From the human T2T-CHM13v2.0 reference genome, Homo sapiens, in NCBI RefSeq assembly GCF_009914755.1, contig NC_060925.1: 64,000 bases of DNA. One strand, given 5' to 3'. The notes beneath the pieces are model-generated. The model did no database searches. It had not been told where the DNA came from and was given only the letters and a program-made list of their open reading frames with translations. Below, one piece after another: positions 30,315 through 43,192 of the stretch (position 1 is its first letter; every line of letters begins with the position of its first letter). The position numbers and the translations under genes were made by a program.

Positions 30315-30353
30315 GTTCTGTTTCTGTTTCTCTGGAGAGCCTGGGCTAACACA
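29716..30353 (+). mobile_element. ERVL internal 3' end plus MLT2-type 3' LTR (LTR ~29919-30353)
   Basis: ggagattaag..aaggagatgtgtatggg..gctgacagaggtgga (ERVL-int end/PPT) then ggttaattttatatgtca..gagtaagcagattgccctcc..ggtgggcctcatccaatc..tttctctggagagcc..ctaacaca. Confidence 0.85.
30267..30310 (+). repeat. (TG)22 microsatellite with adjacent GATA-like repeats inside the MLT2 LTR
   Basis: Direct reading. Confidence 0.95.
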
Positions 30354-31599
30354 CATGGGAGGCACTGAAGGTTCTGAGCAGAGGAGTGACTCAATTTAAT
30401 TCATGCTTTATAAGGGCCACGCTAGCCCCTCTGTGGAAGGCAAGCATGGAGGCAACGAAACTGGCTCAGAGGTGATCTCAGTAATCATGATGAGAAATGA
30501 CAGCGGTTTGCACTGGAGTAGTAAAGGCAGAAGTGGTGGGAAGTGGTTGAATTTGGGATATGTTTTAAGGATAGAGCTGATGAGTTTCACTGATGGATTA
30601 ATTATTATCATTGTAGAAACTATGACAGAATGTGGTAAGTGCCATAATTAAGGGACACATAAGGTCACGTAGGATCAAAGATTAAGAATAAATTAGTTCC
30701 TCCAGGAAGCTGAGGGTTCAAGTGACCTTTGAGCTTGGCCCTGAAGAACAAATCATGTGTACAAAGCTGGGGAGAGGAACATACCAGGCGGGTAGAGAGA
30801 CACGTGCAGAAGGATGTGAGCAGGAACACACAAGGTGCACCCAGGGAAGGCCCAAGTAGCCTAGGAAAACCTGACCAGAAGATCTGAGAGGGAAATGCCT
30901 GGAAAGGAGTTTGAAAAGGAAAGTGGAGAGGTAGGCAAGGCTGTCAGCAGGAGCTCTATCCTAATGTAATCAGGCGATCGTACATGAGATGATGCCTCAT
31001 AGGAGCCGAGGGAAGCCAATGAAAGTGCCTGAACAGGCATCTCCACCCACAGTTGAAAGTCCCCAGTCACCCTGAGCAGCTCACACTGTCTTGTCCCAGG
31101 GAGCAAAACTACCACTTTCAGAATCAAATCCTGTGAATACAGACTTATATTCATCATCTAATGCTAGGAACATTTACATCATTCTGAGATGAAAAGAGCA
31201 GTTGGGATATTCACTCCTAAAGCTTACATTTGCCCTCCCTGCCTGCTAAACACATTTTTTATTATCTGGCAGTGATCTTCGCCTATTAAGCATCTCTGGA
31301 CACTGAGAAGTGATACTGATTTGTTTCACTTTTACTACTGGAGGTATTTATTCATACTTGCACTCTTGCTTCTTTATCTTGGTTTTTAAAACATCTATGA
31401 CAGTGGTAGAACTTGAAGCTGATGACTCATGATTTGGGGACATTTGAAGGAAGATGGATGCCCTAGGGTGGGTGACTGTTCATTATGACTTCTTGGACAT
31501 TAACTGGGCATGCAGTCTTTCCTGGCTTGGCTAGACAATGTTGAAAAGGACCCAAAATCAGTACTTAAGGAAGGGTCCTTTGTTTCCAACCAGTTACTT

Positions 31600-31910
31600 C
31601 ATTGCTTTAGGCCCTACCATGTGCCAAGTGCTGTGCTCAGAGCTAGAGACATAGAGACGAAGGCAAGGAGGGCCTTCGCCCACAAAGAGCTCACAGTGGG
31701 TATCAGATGCGCCAATAAAACAAACAACTACAACAGGAGGTGTACAATGCTTAAATGGATATGTGAACACTATTAAGGTCACTGGGAGCACAAAAGAAAG
31801 AGCATTCAGTCTCAGAGAGGTCAAGGAATCACAGAAGGTGATTTGCAGCTGAGATGGGAGGGATGCAGCCACCAGGCAGACAGCAGAAATGCATTCTGTG
31901 CAGAGGCAAT
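31600..31910 (-). mobile_element. L2 3' region
   Basis: ccctaccatgtgccaagtgctgtgct..gctagagacatagag..gccc acaaagagctcacagt. Confidence 0.65.
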
Positions 31911-32454
31911 AGCAGTGGAGCAGAACACACCTCTGATGCCATCTAACATGAAAATTCCAGCAGTCTATCCACTCAGTACAGCTTTACCAAGGACAAAAGT
32001 TCAGCAGCTCATTCCACATTGGCTACTCTGAAAAAACATTAGGATGCTGGTCTTGTAAAGAAATACGTGGCAAGCATTTTGTATTCCCAGTTTTAATCAA
32101 AGTGTCTACATAATCACCTTTATTTCCACAAGGATTGGTTTGTGGCCAGCCCTCCTTCCATGATGTTTTCACTGAGATCAGAAATGTCTTCAGTGGTGCC
32201 ATCTGAGTGGACTGAGTCTAGGGGAGCCACTGGCTTCTCTTGGCTGCCATTGATGGACAAAGTCATAGGCAGGAGAGAAGGTAACAGAGAGAATGAAAAA
32301 AAGTAGAAGAGGGAGCATGTACCTAAATCTACCCTAATGTGGACCTCACCAACAGCAGTCTTCTCAAGGGGTCCACCTCACCAGGTCAGCCTCAGTGGTC
32401 CTGTGGTTGAGGCAAGGGATGGGTGTTGGCCTAGGTGGAAAGGCTTGCTGCCAC

Positions 32455-32933
32455 CAGGGCTCCTCTGTCGAAAGGCAGGAGACCTCCAGCTTGAAAGCTT
32501 TTCAAAGGCCTATGGAAATGTCTTGGGCCTGAAAAACAAAGCAAAACAAAATAAATTGGCTCCAAATATGAAATGAAAGTGTAAAATTAAAAGTAGGTGT
32601 TTAATTGAACATCCACAAATGTAACATTACGTCAATTTCATTAATTGTTCAATTTAGTATTCACCCCCCAAAAAAATTTTAAGATTTTCTGATCCCATGA
32701 GAATTCCTAAGTTTAAATGTACTTGTCAAAAATCACCCATTATAAATAATTTTAACATCAAAATTAGAAAATAATTTCAAATTTTACAGCAACAAAAAGA
32801 GATAAATTTACTGGGGAAAGTAGAAGCATTTATATCACACCATATGCTTGGTATGTTTGTGACGATCTAGGATAAGGCCCCAAAGTAAGAGAGCCTAGAG
32901 CCCGGAGCCTACAGAATTCTTAGAAGAGCCCTG
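32455..32933. mobile_element. hAT-Tip100-type MITE (MER115-like)
   Basis: Terminal inverted repeats cagggctcctct ... agaagagccctg (11/12) flanking an AT-rich core with gggcc-type subterminal motifs. Confidence 0.6.
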
Positions 32934-33500
32934 GATGTCTTCCAGGGTCTTTCTTGATTATTTTCTGAGGCTTCTTGACCAGCATCTTTCACCAAGACAA
33001 CAAAAGCCATTCTGAACCACTTTTGAGTGATTCAAAATGTTCTCTGGTAATAAATAGTGCTCACTTGGAGCTATGTTTGATTACATTGTCAGTGCAAGCT
33101 CAGATTCTTGGAATGTTTTCTGGGATTCCCAATAAGTATAAAATGTCTTTCCAAGATCTCACTGTTTCTAAAGGTTGGATTTACTTGACAAGTAACTTGA
33201 CAAATGCCTATCACAGTGCTTTGCCCTTAGCTAGAGCTTAATAAATATTTGTTTGATGAACCAGAGCTTTTTCTGTGAGTCCACAATACCTTTTAGATGC
33301 CTACCTCCAATTCAGTCTGTGTGTCACATTGCTTTGCAGGGAATTTTTTTTCTTTTTGCATGATTGTCTTCACTTAATTGTTAACTGTAGGAGGGCAGGA
33401 AAATATTTTATTCATCATTGTATGTCCTGGACCTAACATAGTGCATACAAGGTGTTCAAAAAGTATTTGTTGAGTGAATGAGAGGATAAAAGAATAAGAT

Positions 33501-33529
33501 GATAGATAGATGGATAGGTAGATAATAGG

Positions 33530-33574
<45 letters not shown>
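33501..33574 (+). repeat. GATA tetranucleotide STR, pure (AGAT)11 at 33531-33574
   Basis: Direct reading. Confidence 0.95.
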
Positions 33575-36149
33575 CTAAAAACATTAAAGCAAGAGTTTGT
33601 CCTAATAGGTCCAGTTCATGCTAATTCCAGTCCTAATAATAATTTTAGCTGCCAGTTTTTGAATGTTTGCTGTGTACCACTGCATTCTAAATTCTTTTCT
33701 GTATTCTCATTTAGCTGTCACATGTCTATAAAGAAGGTAGTAGTAAGATAATGAGACAGAGATTCAGAGAGATCAAGGTACCCAAGGTCATACACCTAAG
33801 AAGTGGTGAGATGACATTTGAATCCAGTAATCCTAACTTCACCCCACAAAACAAGTTTCTTTTATTCTATTCTATTCTGTACTGTTGGTGTGTTCTTTGT
33901 GGTAGATGAGATCGCACAGATGTAAAGTGGGATAGAATTTCTTCCCAGAACTAACACACCCGACAGCTCCCCAGACCAACCAGTCCTGACGTTTTCCTGG
34001 GACCAGATGCCAACCATACCCTTCAATAGGAGGCAACTGCCTCTAACTCTGCAGCAAGTACAGAAGAGAATGAAAAGCAAGGGAGAAACATGAGTCAGCA
34101 CTAACTGTACCCCTTCAAAACCTTTTTGGGGGCCACACGTAATGGAAATGGAAATGGCTGAAGAGTCAGGAATCTAAGATTCTGGGCTCATTCACTAAGT
34201 GGCTGTGTGACCTCAGACAAATCTCAGAGTTTCCCTGGGTCATTTCTATGGGCCTTTTGCAGTGCTGATATCCTCTCTGTCTAAATACCCAATCTCATCT
34301 CCACTTTTTTTCTTTTTTTTTTTTTTTTTTTTTTTTTTTGCATCCCAGGAGATGTGCCTTTTCTCAATTTTGCCATCATTTTGTGTCTTACAGCAGAGGA
34401 TGGATTACCCAGGAACTGCAGCCTTAACCAGGGTAACAACCATAGCGGCTGTTTTTCCTGCAACCATCTGAAAGCCCAGCTAACCACTTGCCTCAGTTAA
34501 TAGCGAGCAGGTTAGGTTCCTTCATAGGTTAATTACACATTGTGTGGAAGGCATTTTCTTTCATCAGTTCTAAATTTGTTCCCTTTTAATTTTGTCGAGT
34601 GCTGCCTCTCTCTCCTCTCTCTCCATTAGAGGCAAGGGCGAGTGGGAGCCTGCAATTGGCTTGCTGCTCCCCATTCATTATACTCAGCACCTCAGAGAGT
34701 GCTCACCCCTCTCCTCTGCTTTTTTCAGAATGAAATACTTCATCTTTCTTGATGCAGAAGTCACCTCTTCCCCCATATCCATCTGCTTTGCCCTTCCAAG
34801 GACCTTTCCTGTTTCTACTGTGTCTTACCTGAGGTTGGCTGGCATTTGAATCCTGGGAGCCTCAATGTGAATGAGGTACTCAAGGTGAGGGCAAGCATGG
34901 ATTCACCAGGTGGGATAACAATACTCTCCCAATTGTGCTCTAGTTAATATTTCTTAATGCAAACTACTGCCTTGCTCACCTTTCAAGATACCCCTTCTCT
35001 TTAGAAATGAAGTCTAATAGCATATCCAAGATAACCAGTGGATCCTTCTTACCCAAAAAGATTCAAACACAACATTTTAAATTTTTCTCTTGAATACTAA
35101 CCAAGACCTTAGTTCTTTGTCAATACATGGTGTCAAGTTCTCAAGAAAGAGGGAGGGAAGTTTCTTCTTTCAGGTGAAACAGCATACCACCCTCAGGCCC
35201 AGGGGAACAGGCCCAGAAAGCATGAGTGAACCTGGCACAGAATCCTAATATTTTGATCTGGAAGTGGCATGCAATGCCAACCAGTAGAATCCCACTCCAT
35301 CAGGGATACCAAGCCCCAAAACGTTAGTGGCTTGTCACATGTCTCACATTCTCCATTTGATCTTTTAACAAATATTTCTTGAGCCCTTATTATAAGCAGG
35401 CACTGTGGCAGGCATTCAATATACAAGAATGAATAAAGCAGATCTAATCATAACAGCTAACCGTTCCTGAGAACTTGCAGACATTCTATTAATCGCTTCA
35501 AAAATTTTCTCACATCATCCTCTCTTCAACTCTGTGGGGAGAACACTGTTATTATCATTCTGATTTTTCATGTCAGGAAACTTAGGTATAGAAAGGTTAT
35601 GAGATTTGTTCCTAGATCCTATAGCCAGTAAGTTGTGGAGTGTGGTGTAGCCAAACCCAGAAGTTGCAACCTCAGCATGAAGCTCCAATCACACTCTCTC
35701 CTGGCCCCATCTCCATGGGGCTTGGCCTCATGGTCTAGGAGCCCCCTAAAGCCTTCCTTTAGATCTGAGCTGGGGAGCTTTTCTCTAGCTATGTGATATT
35801 GCTTACTTCTTACAGCTCTTATCACTCTACCATGTCTTGGGCTCATCAATGGCTTTTTGGCTGTGCCTAAATTCTATGTTAACGTCCAGTTCCTAGATTA
35901 TGACCAAGCAGAGGTTTTCAGGTTTCATAAGTGATTCCAGTAGGCTTGGAGATTCAAGACTATGGATTTAAAAACCCCATATGACCCCAAAAACAAACTA
36001 CAAATCAGGTGCCAGATCCCAGAGAAGTGGAGTGCCTGGGATATTCCTGAAGGAGGATGCTCACCAGCCCTGCTCCCTAGAAGCTTTCTCTGGTCTGCTT
36101 GAGACACCTGAGGGAGAGCAGTGTTGATATGTGCACGTGGGTTCCTGAT

Positions 36150-36380
36150 GATGGTAAGAGTAGCTAACATCCAGTGAGCACCACTGTGGACCAGGTGCTG
36201 TGACAAGTGCTTCAAAAACATTATCTCTTATAAGACCCACAACCACCCCTGAGATAGGTACTTTACCTTCTTTAATAGAGGAGAATAAGACACAGAAAAG
36301 TAGGTCAACTTGCCCAGGGTTGCACAGCCAGATAGGATTAAAACCTGGGCTGCCTAATTCCAGCATAAGGAATCTCTCGA
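36150..36380 (-). mobile_element. MIR (other antisense MIRs near 29150, 33640, 35450, 40520, 41050, 53790, 60620)
   Basis: agtagctaacat..accaccctgagataggtact..aacttgcccagggttgcacagcc. Confidence 0.75.
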
Positions 36381-38864
36381 TGTTACCTAAAGAAAAGGAA
36401 ACTCAGATACCATAGAGGTTGGTGGTCCACCATCGAAGTGTCCCAGCTCTCTTACACAGAACCAGCATTTGGATTTCCTCTCCCTATGCCCAAGCCATGT
36501 GACTGGAATCCAGGAGTAGAATGAGGAGCCTGCGCCCTTCCCCAGTGGCCCTGCCTGCCTAATGCTCTAGCTGTTTATTACGGACTCCTCCTGATCTAAT
36601 GGGAGTTGAAATTTCCATTAATTAAGAATATAAATAAATAAATGGCTAGAAAAGAAAGCGAGATGATGGCATGGTGCCCGGAAGGCTCTGCTGAAAGCAG
36701 ACAGTTCATGCTTCATTAGCATCTTTGCTCCTTCTCCAATCCTGCTAGCACAGCCTTTCTTTCTGAGACACATTCAGGGAACTCCAGTTTGGAGGGGATG
36801 CTTTGGTTCAGCCTTCAGTCTTCTGGGCATTTCTGATAGGCCTTTCATGGTCTTTAAAGAGCCAGCCTTCCCCAAACCCATAGTACTTCCTCAACTCACT
36901 TTCCTTCCCACAGTGCCTTCAAAAAGGAACACATAATTTCTGCAGATCCAGGGCCCCCCACGGGAGCCCTCCTGTGATCAGAAAACCATGTTTTGGGGCA
37001 GTGAGTCTACTGGTTGTTAATGTTTCCTTGGTCAAGTTTTCCCCTTAGCTAGGTCTTTATGTCCAAGTCAAAGCATTCCTCTCTGACTTGGGTTGGAATA
37101 GCATTGCTAGAAATGAGCATTTTCCCAGCAGACTGCTGTTGTAGACCTGAAACAAATGGTGGAGAGGAGAAATGAAGAAGGCAGAGCAGTGGTGGGGAGC
37201 CCATTCCATCAGTAAGCATGCACTGCTTACCTCCTGCACTGGGCACTGGGCAACATAAAAAAGTTGTGAGGATGTACCCTCTGCCCTCAATATGCAGAAC
37301 ACATAATACAACAGCAGGCAGCATTTAATAAGAACAAAACTGTATGCCACAGACTTTGTACAGTGGAGTTCATGAGAGAGAAGGTGGAGGGAGAAGGGAA
37401 AGAGAAACTCCAGAATGTCCATATGGTAGGGGCATGGAGGCTGACTAACTTGTTTCAACTTAGACGACAAGGCTGAAGTTGCATTCTCAGAACAAGCACA
37501 CTGCTTTGCTTTGCTGCAGCTTAGATGGAGTTAATGGAAATGAGGGTGCTATGGACTCCTCCCAAGGATCTTCTCCTCAGTGCTGCTGCTCTCATTGGAA
37601 GTTATTCATCCTGTAAGCTGACACTTGTGCTGAGCCAAGAAAGGGAGGTGGAGGTAGAAAGTCCTTTCTGCTTCTTCCTGAAGAAATAGGGTTAGCAGCT
37701 AAAATGGGTGAGTAGAGCTGTCATCAGTGGAGAAATGTATAGAAGCAAGGGCAGAAAACTCAGCACATATATTCTTGCTAAAGACTTGTGGTGTGATTCC
37801 TGACTTCAGTTCCCATGGAAGAGGACACTTAACAGAAATTACTGTTCCCAAAGCTAAATTCCTAGTCAAAAGCTGAGAGATCATTTGACACCAAGATAAG
37901 ATTACAATACAGTTTTTCCTCAATATGGATAATGTGGCATCTTCTGAATCTGGGACTCATTAAGCTTGAGAGCATTCCTTACCTCAGCACAACTCCTGAC
38001 TATGAAGATTTCTTTTTAAGTTAGAAAAAAAAAAGAAGGTATCTCGGAGGGACGGAGAGGAGCAAGGGAGGGATAGGCAGAGAGAGGGAAGCAGGAATGG
38101 AAGGAGGGCCAAAAACACCTGGGATTATTGTAAGAGGTCTCTGAATAAAAAAAAAAAAAATCTGTTTTGCACAAGCATATAACATACTTTAAATGCATAT
38201 AACAGTTTGGTGTATTTTCAGATTTTGTCATTATAAAATGACTACAGTGTGAGAGGCACAAAAGTTGTGATGTCAAATTGGGGTCTTCACGCTCTAAAAT
38301 GTTGGATTCACTGGTGTAATCCAGAAATACTTTGGGAGTTTGAGGATCAGGGGAAGATCGAGGAAGCCCAGCCCCATTCTTCACCTATTCTCCCACGCTT
38401 TGTTTAACTTCTCTATTTCTTTCCTGAAAGGTAAGAATAAGATTCCCTGCAGTCCGCCTCTGCACAGGTCAGCCTCATTATAAAAGCTCCACAGTATTGT
38501 CATGATAAACATTGTTGTCCTATTTTGGATTCTTTGAGGTTAGGATTAAAATGAATAGTCATCAACTCTAGTAGTTTGGAGGGTGAGCATGGGAATGAGG
38601 ACAGGAACACATTTTAGGAACTTAGAAGGAGCCCACCCGGCATTTCTAGCTTTCTTCCAAATGAAAGTGCAAATCCTGTTATCTTATTCCTTCTCCCTCT
38701 GCGTCCCTGCTCAGCCTCCTCAGAGATTCCAGAGAATAAGCCACCAAGCTTGATTGTTTAAATGAGAAAGGAGCTGCTATTCTCAGCCAGGGAGATTCAC
38801 TTGTGTTGCTCTAACAACCTTCCCATCTATCATTTCCCCTGGGAGCACGTCTTTGCCGCTAATG

Positions 38865-39010
38865 CGGTGGTGGTTCTCAGCCCAGTTACATATAAGAGTC
38901 ACATGGGGATGCTCTTTAAGAAAATGCCAACACCTCGGCCCTGCCCCCAGAGATGCTGACTTAATTGCTCTGGAGAGCAGTTCTAATATTCTGCCAGGTT
39001 AACAACTGTT
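38865..39010. mobile_element. MER5-family hAT-Charlie MITE
   Basis: gtggttctcagcc..gagtcacatgggg..ggccctgcccccagagatgctgacttaattg. Confidence 0.65.
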
Positions 39011-39367
39011 CGAATATGTGAAATAAATTCATCATATATTTCTCTGCCCTCAACAAACAATCATCTTCTCCCCCACTTTACTGGGGTGAGAGTCCAGTTC
39101 TACTCATGATTTGCCTAACTTTGGATGCATTGGTTTTGGCTTGTTTTTGGTTTTGGCTTAAAGGTGGTGTTTACTTAAGATCTTTGCCTTTCAGAGAGAA
39201 GTCAAGCTATTACATGAGCCAACTCAGTCTTCCCTTGGGAAAAAATGAAAGAGGGCAAAGACTACCAGGTTTCAAAATGTTAATAGAAATTTAAGATTCT
39301 GTGAGATTCTCAACTTAATCTCACAGAATTAAGGGTCATTTAGTGAGGGTCATTTAGTCATTTAGTC

Positions 39368-39558
39368 TAGTATTTCCCAACTGCAGACTGAATGGGAATC
39401 ACCTGTTCCCTGCTCAATGCCCCCATGTTGGAAATCCAAATTATCAGGTCCCATCCCCAGAAATTCTGATACAGTAAATCTGGAGTGGGGACCAGGAATC
39501 TGAAGCTAAAACAAGTTCCCAAAATATTCTGATGTGCAGCCAATTGGGGAAACCACTT
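39368..39558. mobile_element. MER5A hAT-Charlie MITE
   Basis: tagtatttcccaact..gaatcacctg..cccatccccaga..ttctgat..aggaatctg..ttctgatgtgcagcc..gaaaccact. Confidence 0.8.
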
Positions 39559-42051
39559 ACTTTGACGTTGCTCTCTTGAATGAATAGGTGTGAATGTCTT
39601 GGTTTCTGCAACAGCATTCTTCAATAACCCTCTTTTAAAATGGTGCCCAAAGTTTGAACAATGTTGATTCTCTATGATGAACTTTGCCTAGCATCCACCC
39701 TAAAAATGCCACATAGAATATTCTTTTCACAGTTAGCAAGAATTTATGTTGAAAATTCTGAGAAATTTAGAGCTAGGATTAGAGTTGAATTAGAATCACA
39801 AAACCCCCATTGGAAATAACTGATTTAAAGTTACCAGACTGGTATACTGCATTGAGTACACACTTGAATCAGGAATGAAGTGGAAAGGGGAAAAAAATGT
39901 ATGAAAACTTAGCAGTCTCCCTACTCAATGGCCTTGAAAGAGTCCCCTTTATGGCTGCTTCTGAGAAACAACCCAGTCTATCCCTTTTCCCTACCCACTG
40001 TGTTAACTCCTTCATGCAAAGTAAATGAAAGAGAAGCCTTGAAAGAGAAAACTGAGCAGAGTCTATGGGAAGGGGTGAGAAATAATCCCAAAAGGAACAG
40101 TACTGAAAAGCCCCAAAGAGAGTTTGACATTGGTAGAGGGAAAATAACGAACAGGGAGAAAGTAGGGTTAGCCTCATGCCCCAGCCTCTAGCACTCAAAC
40201 TCTTAAGTCTTAAGAATGGATCATTCCATCTCTAAAATCAAAAACCTTATGCACTTCAAAAAGCCATTGCTCCTCAGAGCAGTACCTACTACACAGGTGT
40301 GCAATGGGGCTTCACCACCTTTGCCACAGGACATCCTTATTAATTCACAAAGTCTGTTCCTTTACTGCTTCCTGCCTGCAGAAACCATGAAGGCAGGGAA
40401 GAGTGAAGGGCAGCCAGCCTGCCAGGAAGAATTACACAAATGTGGACTGAGGTTGAGATCCAGAGAGATAGTGTTTTAGCATTTGTCATAAAATCCCTTT
40501 GCCTTTCTCTTTTTAAAAAAATCACTGAGTACCTGTGATGCATCAATGTATTTACACTATCTCACTTCATCCCCAGTACAACCCTAAGAAGCAGAATTAC
40601 CATTTGCATATTACAGATGAGGAAACCAAAGCTTAAAGAAATGGCACAACTAATCCAGGGAGACAGAGCCAAGACCAAACCCAGATCTGCCTTTACCAAG
40701 AACAGGGCTCTTTTTAGTGTACCCTAGCTGCCATAGGATTTAAGCTTCAGGTTTTGGTTCAATAAAATTAGAAACTCATCTTCTTCCTATTAGCTGTTAT
40801 ATTTGGGATGTGAAAGAGCCATTCACTTTAGGAGCGTTATTAACAGCCATAACAGATTTCGGATACAAATTCATCAAAGGACACCCTTTTTTACTTTCTG
40901 GTCTCTTTCCTGCATTTTTCTCACTCTATTGGTGCCCTCAAAATGGCCCATTATTGTCCCCTGTCTTTTATTCAGAATAATTCCCCAGCAGCCTTCCTAA
41001 CCTGATAACTATGTCCAGATTTATCTGTAAATGTAAGAATAATTATTGCATTCATCATTTATTAAGTGCTTATCACGTCAAGAAACAACTAAACACTTTA
41101 TAGGCATTATCTCATTTAATCCTTTTAATAAACTCTTGAGGTCAGTTCAATTAGTATCTCTATTTTACACATGAGGAAACTAAATCATGGGATTCATGTA
41201 ACTTACCCAAGATCAGACATCGGTTAACAGTTATTCTGGGGATTCAGATGGAGGTTGAACTCCAGAGCTCACATGTCTAAACCAACCTACATGAGTCAAT
41301 AGAACCCTGAAAGTCTCAGGCCAGACCATTCAGAAGTGGCATATAGCCCACACCAGATATCTGCATAAAGAAATGAGCACGAGATTAATGTGTACAGAAC
41401 TAATTTGAAAATAGGTCTGGTTCTTAAATGTGATAGGAGAAAAAGAAGAGGATATTAGAAACTGTTCTGTAAAACTGACCTTGAAGAAGGGGGAATAGAG
41501 ACCATTAAGCATGTACAAGGAATGTCCACTTTGTAGCACTCTCTGCTCCAAGCATTTAGCAATGAGAGATAAAATATAAAAAATAGAAAGTAAAAACAAA
41601 AAGGCAGAAGTTGGCTCAATAAGATAAAGGGCTCTATGGGCCAGAAATATAATAGAAATAGAAAATAATGAGTGGGGCTAAAGCCACAGCCTGCTGGATT
41701 CTGAATCTAGATACAAAGAATTGTAGCCAGAAAGTTGGCCACCTAGACAAAGTAATAAATGAATGTTTATTGCTTTAGGCCAGGAGCTTAGCAGGGAGAT
41801 TTCCCTGTCCCCTAGCTACCCATTGCCAAGCTTTTAACAAACTGTAGGCCTAGAATAGCTAGAAGGCCCAGGCACATTCTCTCCATCAAAAAATGAACTC
41901 AGTGGTTCATGGCTTGGTGACTGGATCTGTGCTATCACTAATGTCCCTTCAGAACAAGAGTCATAAATGGTTTCAACCAAGGGTGCCAGGGACAAGGTGG
42001 GGTAAATGACAAAACCACTGGCTACGGAAGATGTGTAAAGGGAAAAGGGAG

Positions 42052-42055
<4 letters not shown>

Positions 42056-42093
<38 letters not shown>
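42056..42093 (+). repeat. (GA)n dinucleotide microsatellite, ~18 units
   Basis: Direct reading. Confidence 0.95.
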
Positions 42094-42095
<2 letters not shown>

Positions 42096-42170
42096 GAAAT
42101 CACCAATATTTAGCCAGTACACTAAAATTTCAAAACACAAGAAGAAATTTAATATTAAGAAAAACAGTTA

Positions 42171-43192
42171 GGAGGAGGAGCCCAGATGGCCGAACAGGAA
42201 CAGCTCCGGTCTACAGCTCCCAGCATGAGCGACGCAGAAGATGGGTGATTTCTGCATTTCCATCTGAGGTACCGGGTTCATCTCACCAGGGATTGCCAGA
42301 CAGTGGGAGCAGGTCAGTGGGTGCAGCGCACCGTGCGCGAGCCGAAGCAGGGTGAGGCATTGCCTCACTCGGGAACTGCAAGGGGTCAGGGAGTTCCCTT
42401 TCCTAGTCAAAGAAAGGGGTGACAGACGGCATCTGGAAAATCGGGTCACTCCCACCCGAATACTGCGCTTTTCCGACAGGCTTAAAAAACAGCACACCAG
42501 GAGATTATATCCTGCACCTGGCTCGGAGGGTCCTACGCCCACGGAGTCTCACTGATTGCTAGCACAGCAGTCTGAGATCAAACTGCAAGGTGGTAGTGAG
42601 GCTGGGGGGGGGTGCCCAGCATTGCCCAGGCTTGCTTAGGTAAACAAAGCAGCAGGGAAGCTCCAACTGGGTGGAGCCCACCACAGTTCAAGGAATCCTG
42701 CCTCCCTCTGTAGGCTCCACCTCTGGGGGCAGGGCAAAGACAAACAAAAGACAGCAGTAACCTCTGCAGACTTAAATGTCTCCATCTGACAGCTTTGAAG
42801 AAAGCAGTGGTTCTCCCAGCACGCAGCTGGAGATCTGAGAACGGACAGACTGCCTCCTCAAGTGGGTCCCTGACCCCTGACCCCTGAGCAGCCTAACTGG
42901 GAGGCACCCCCCAGTAGGGGCAGACTGACAACTCACACGGCCGGGTACTCCTCTGAGACAAAACTTCCAGAGGAACGAGCAGAGAGCAGCACTCGCAGTT
43001 CACGAAAAACCACTGTTCTGCTGATACCCAGGGAAACAGGGTCTGGAGTGAACCTCTAGCAAACTCCAACAGACCTGCAGCTGAGGGTCCTGTCTGTTAG
43101 AAGGAAAACTAACAAACAGAAAGGACATCCACACCAAAAACCCATCTGTACATCACCATCATCAAAGACCAAAAGTAGATACAACCACAAAG
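42171..43192 (+). promoter_or_regulatory. L1 5'UTR internal sense promoter and antisense promoter region; CpG-containing
   Basis: YY1-like agatggcc at ~42184; position upstream of ORF1; established L1 promoter architecture. Confidence 0.8.

Noticed and set aside
42168-42622. Antisense ORF 42168-42542 resembling L1 ORF0 (GVGPSEPG..IRVGVTRFSRC)
   Set aside because: It is the ORF0 frame, but a 1-bp loss in the G run (~42604-42612) and an in-frame TGA separate it from the ATG at 42622; not intact.
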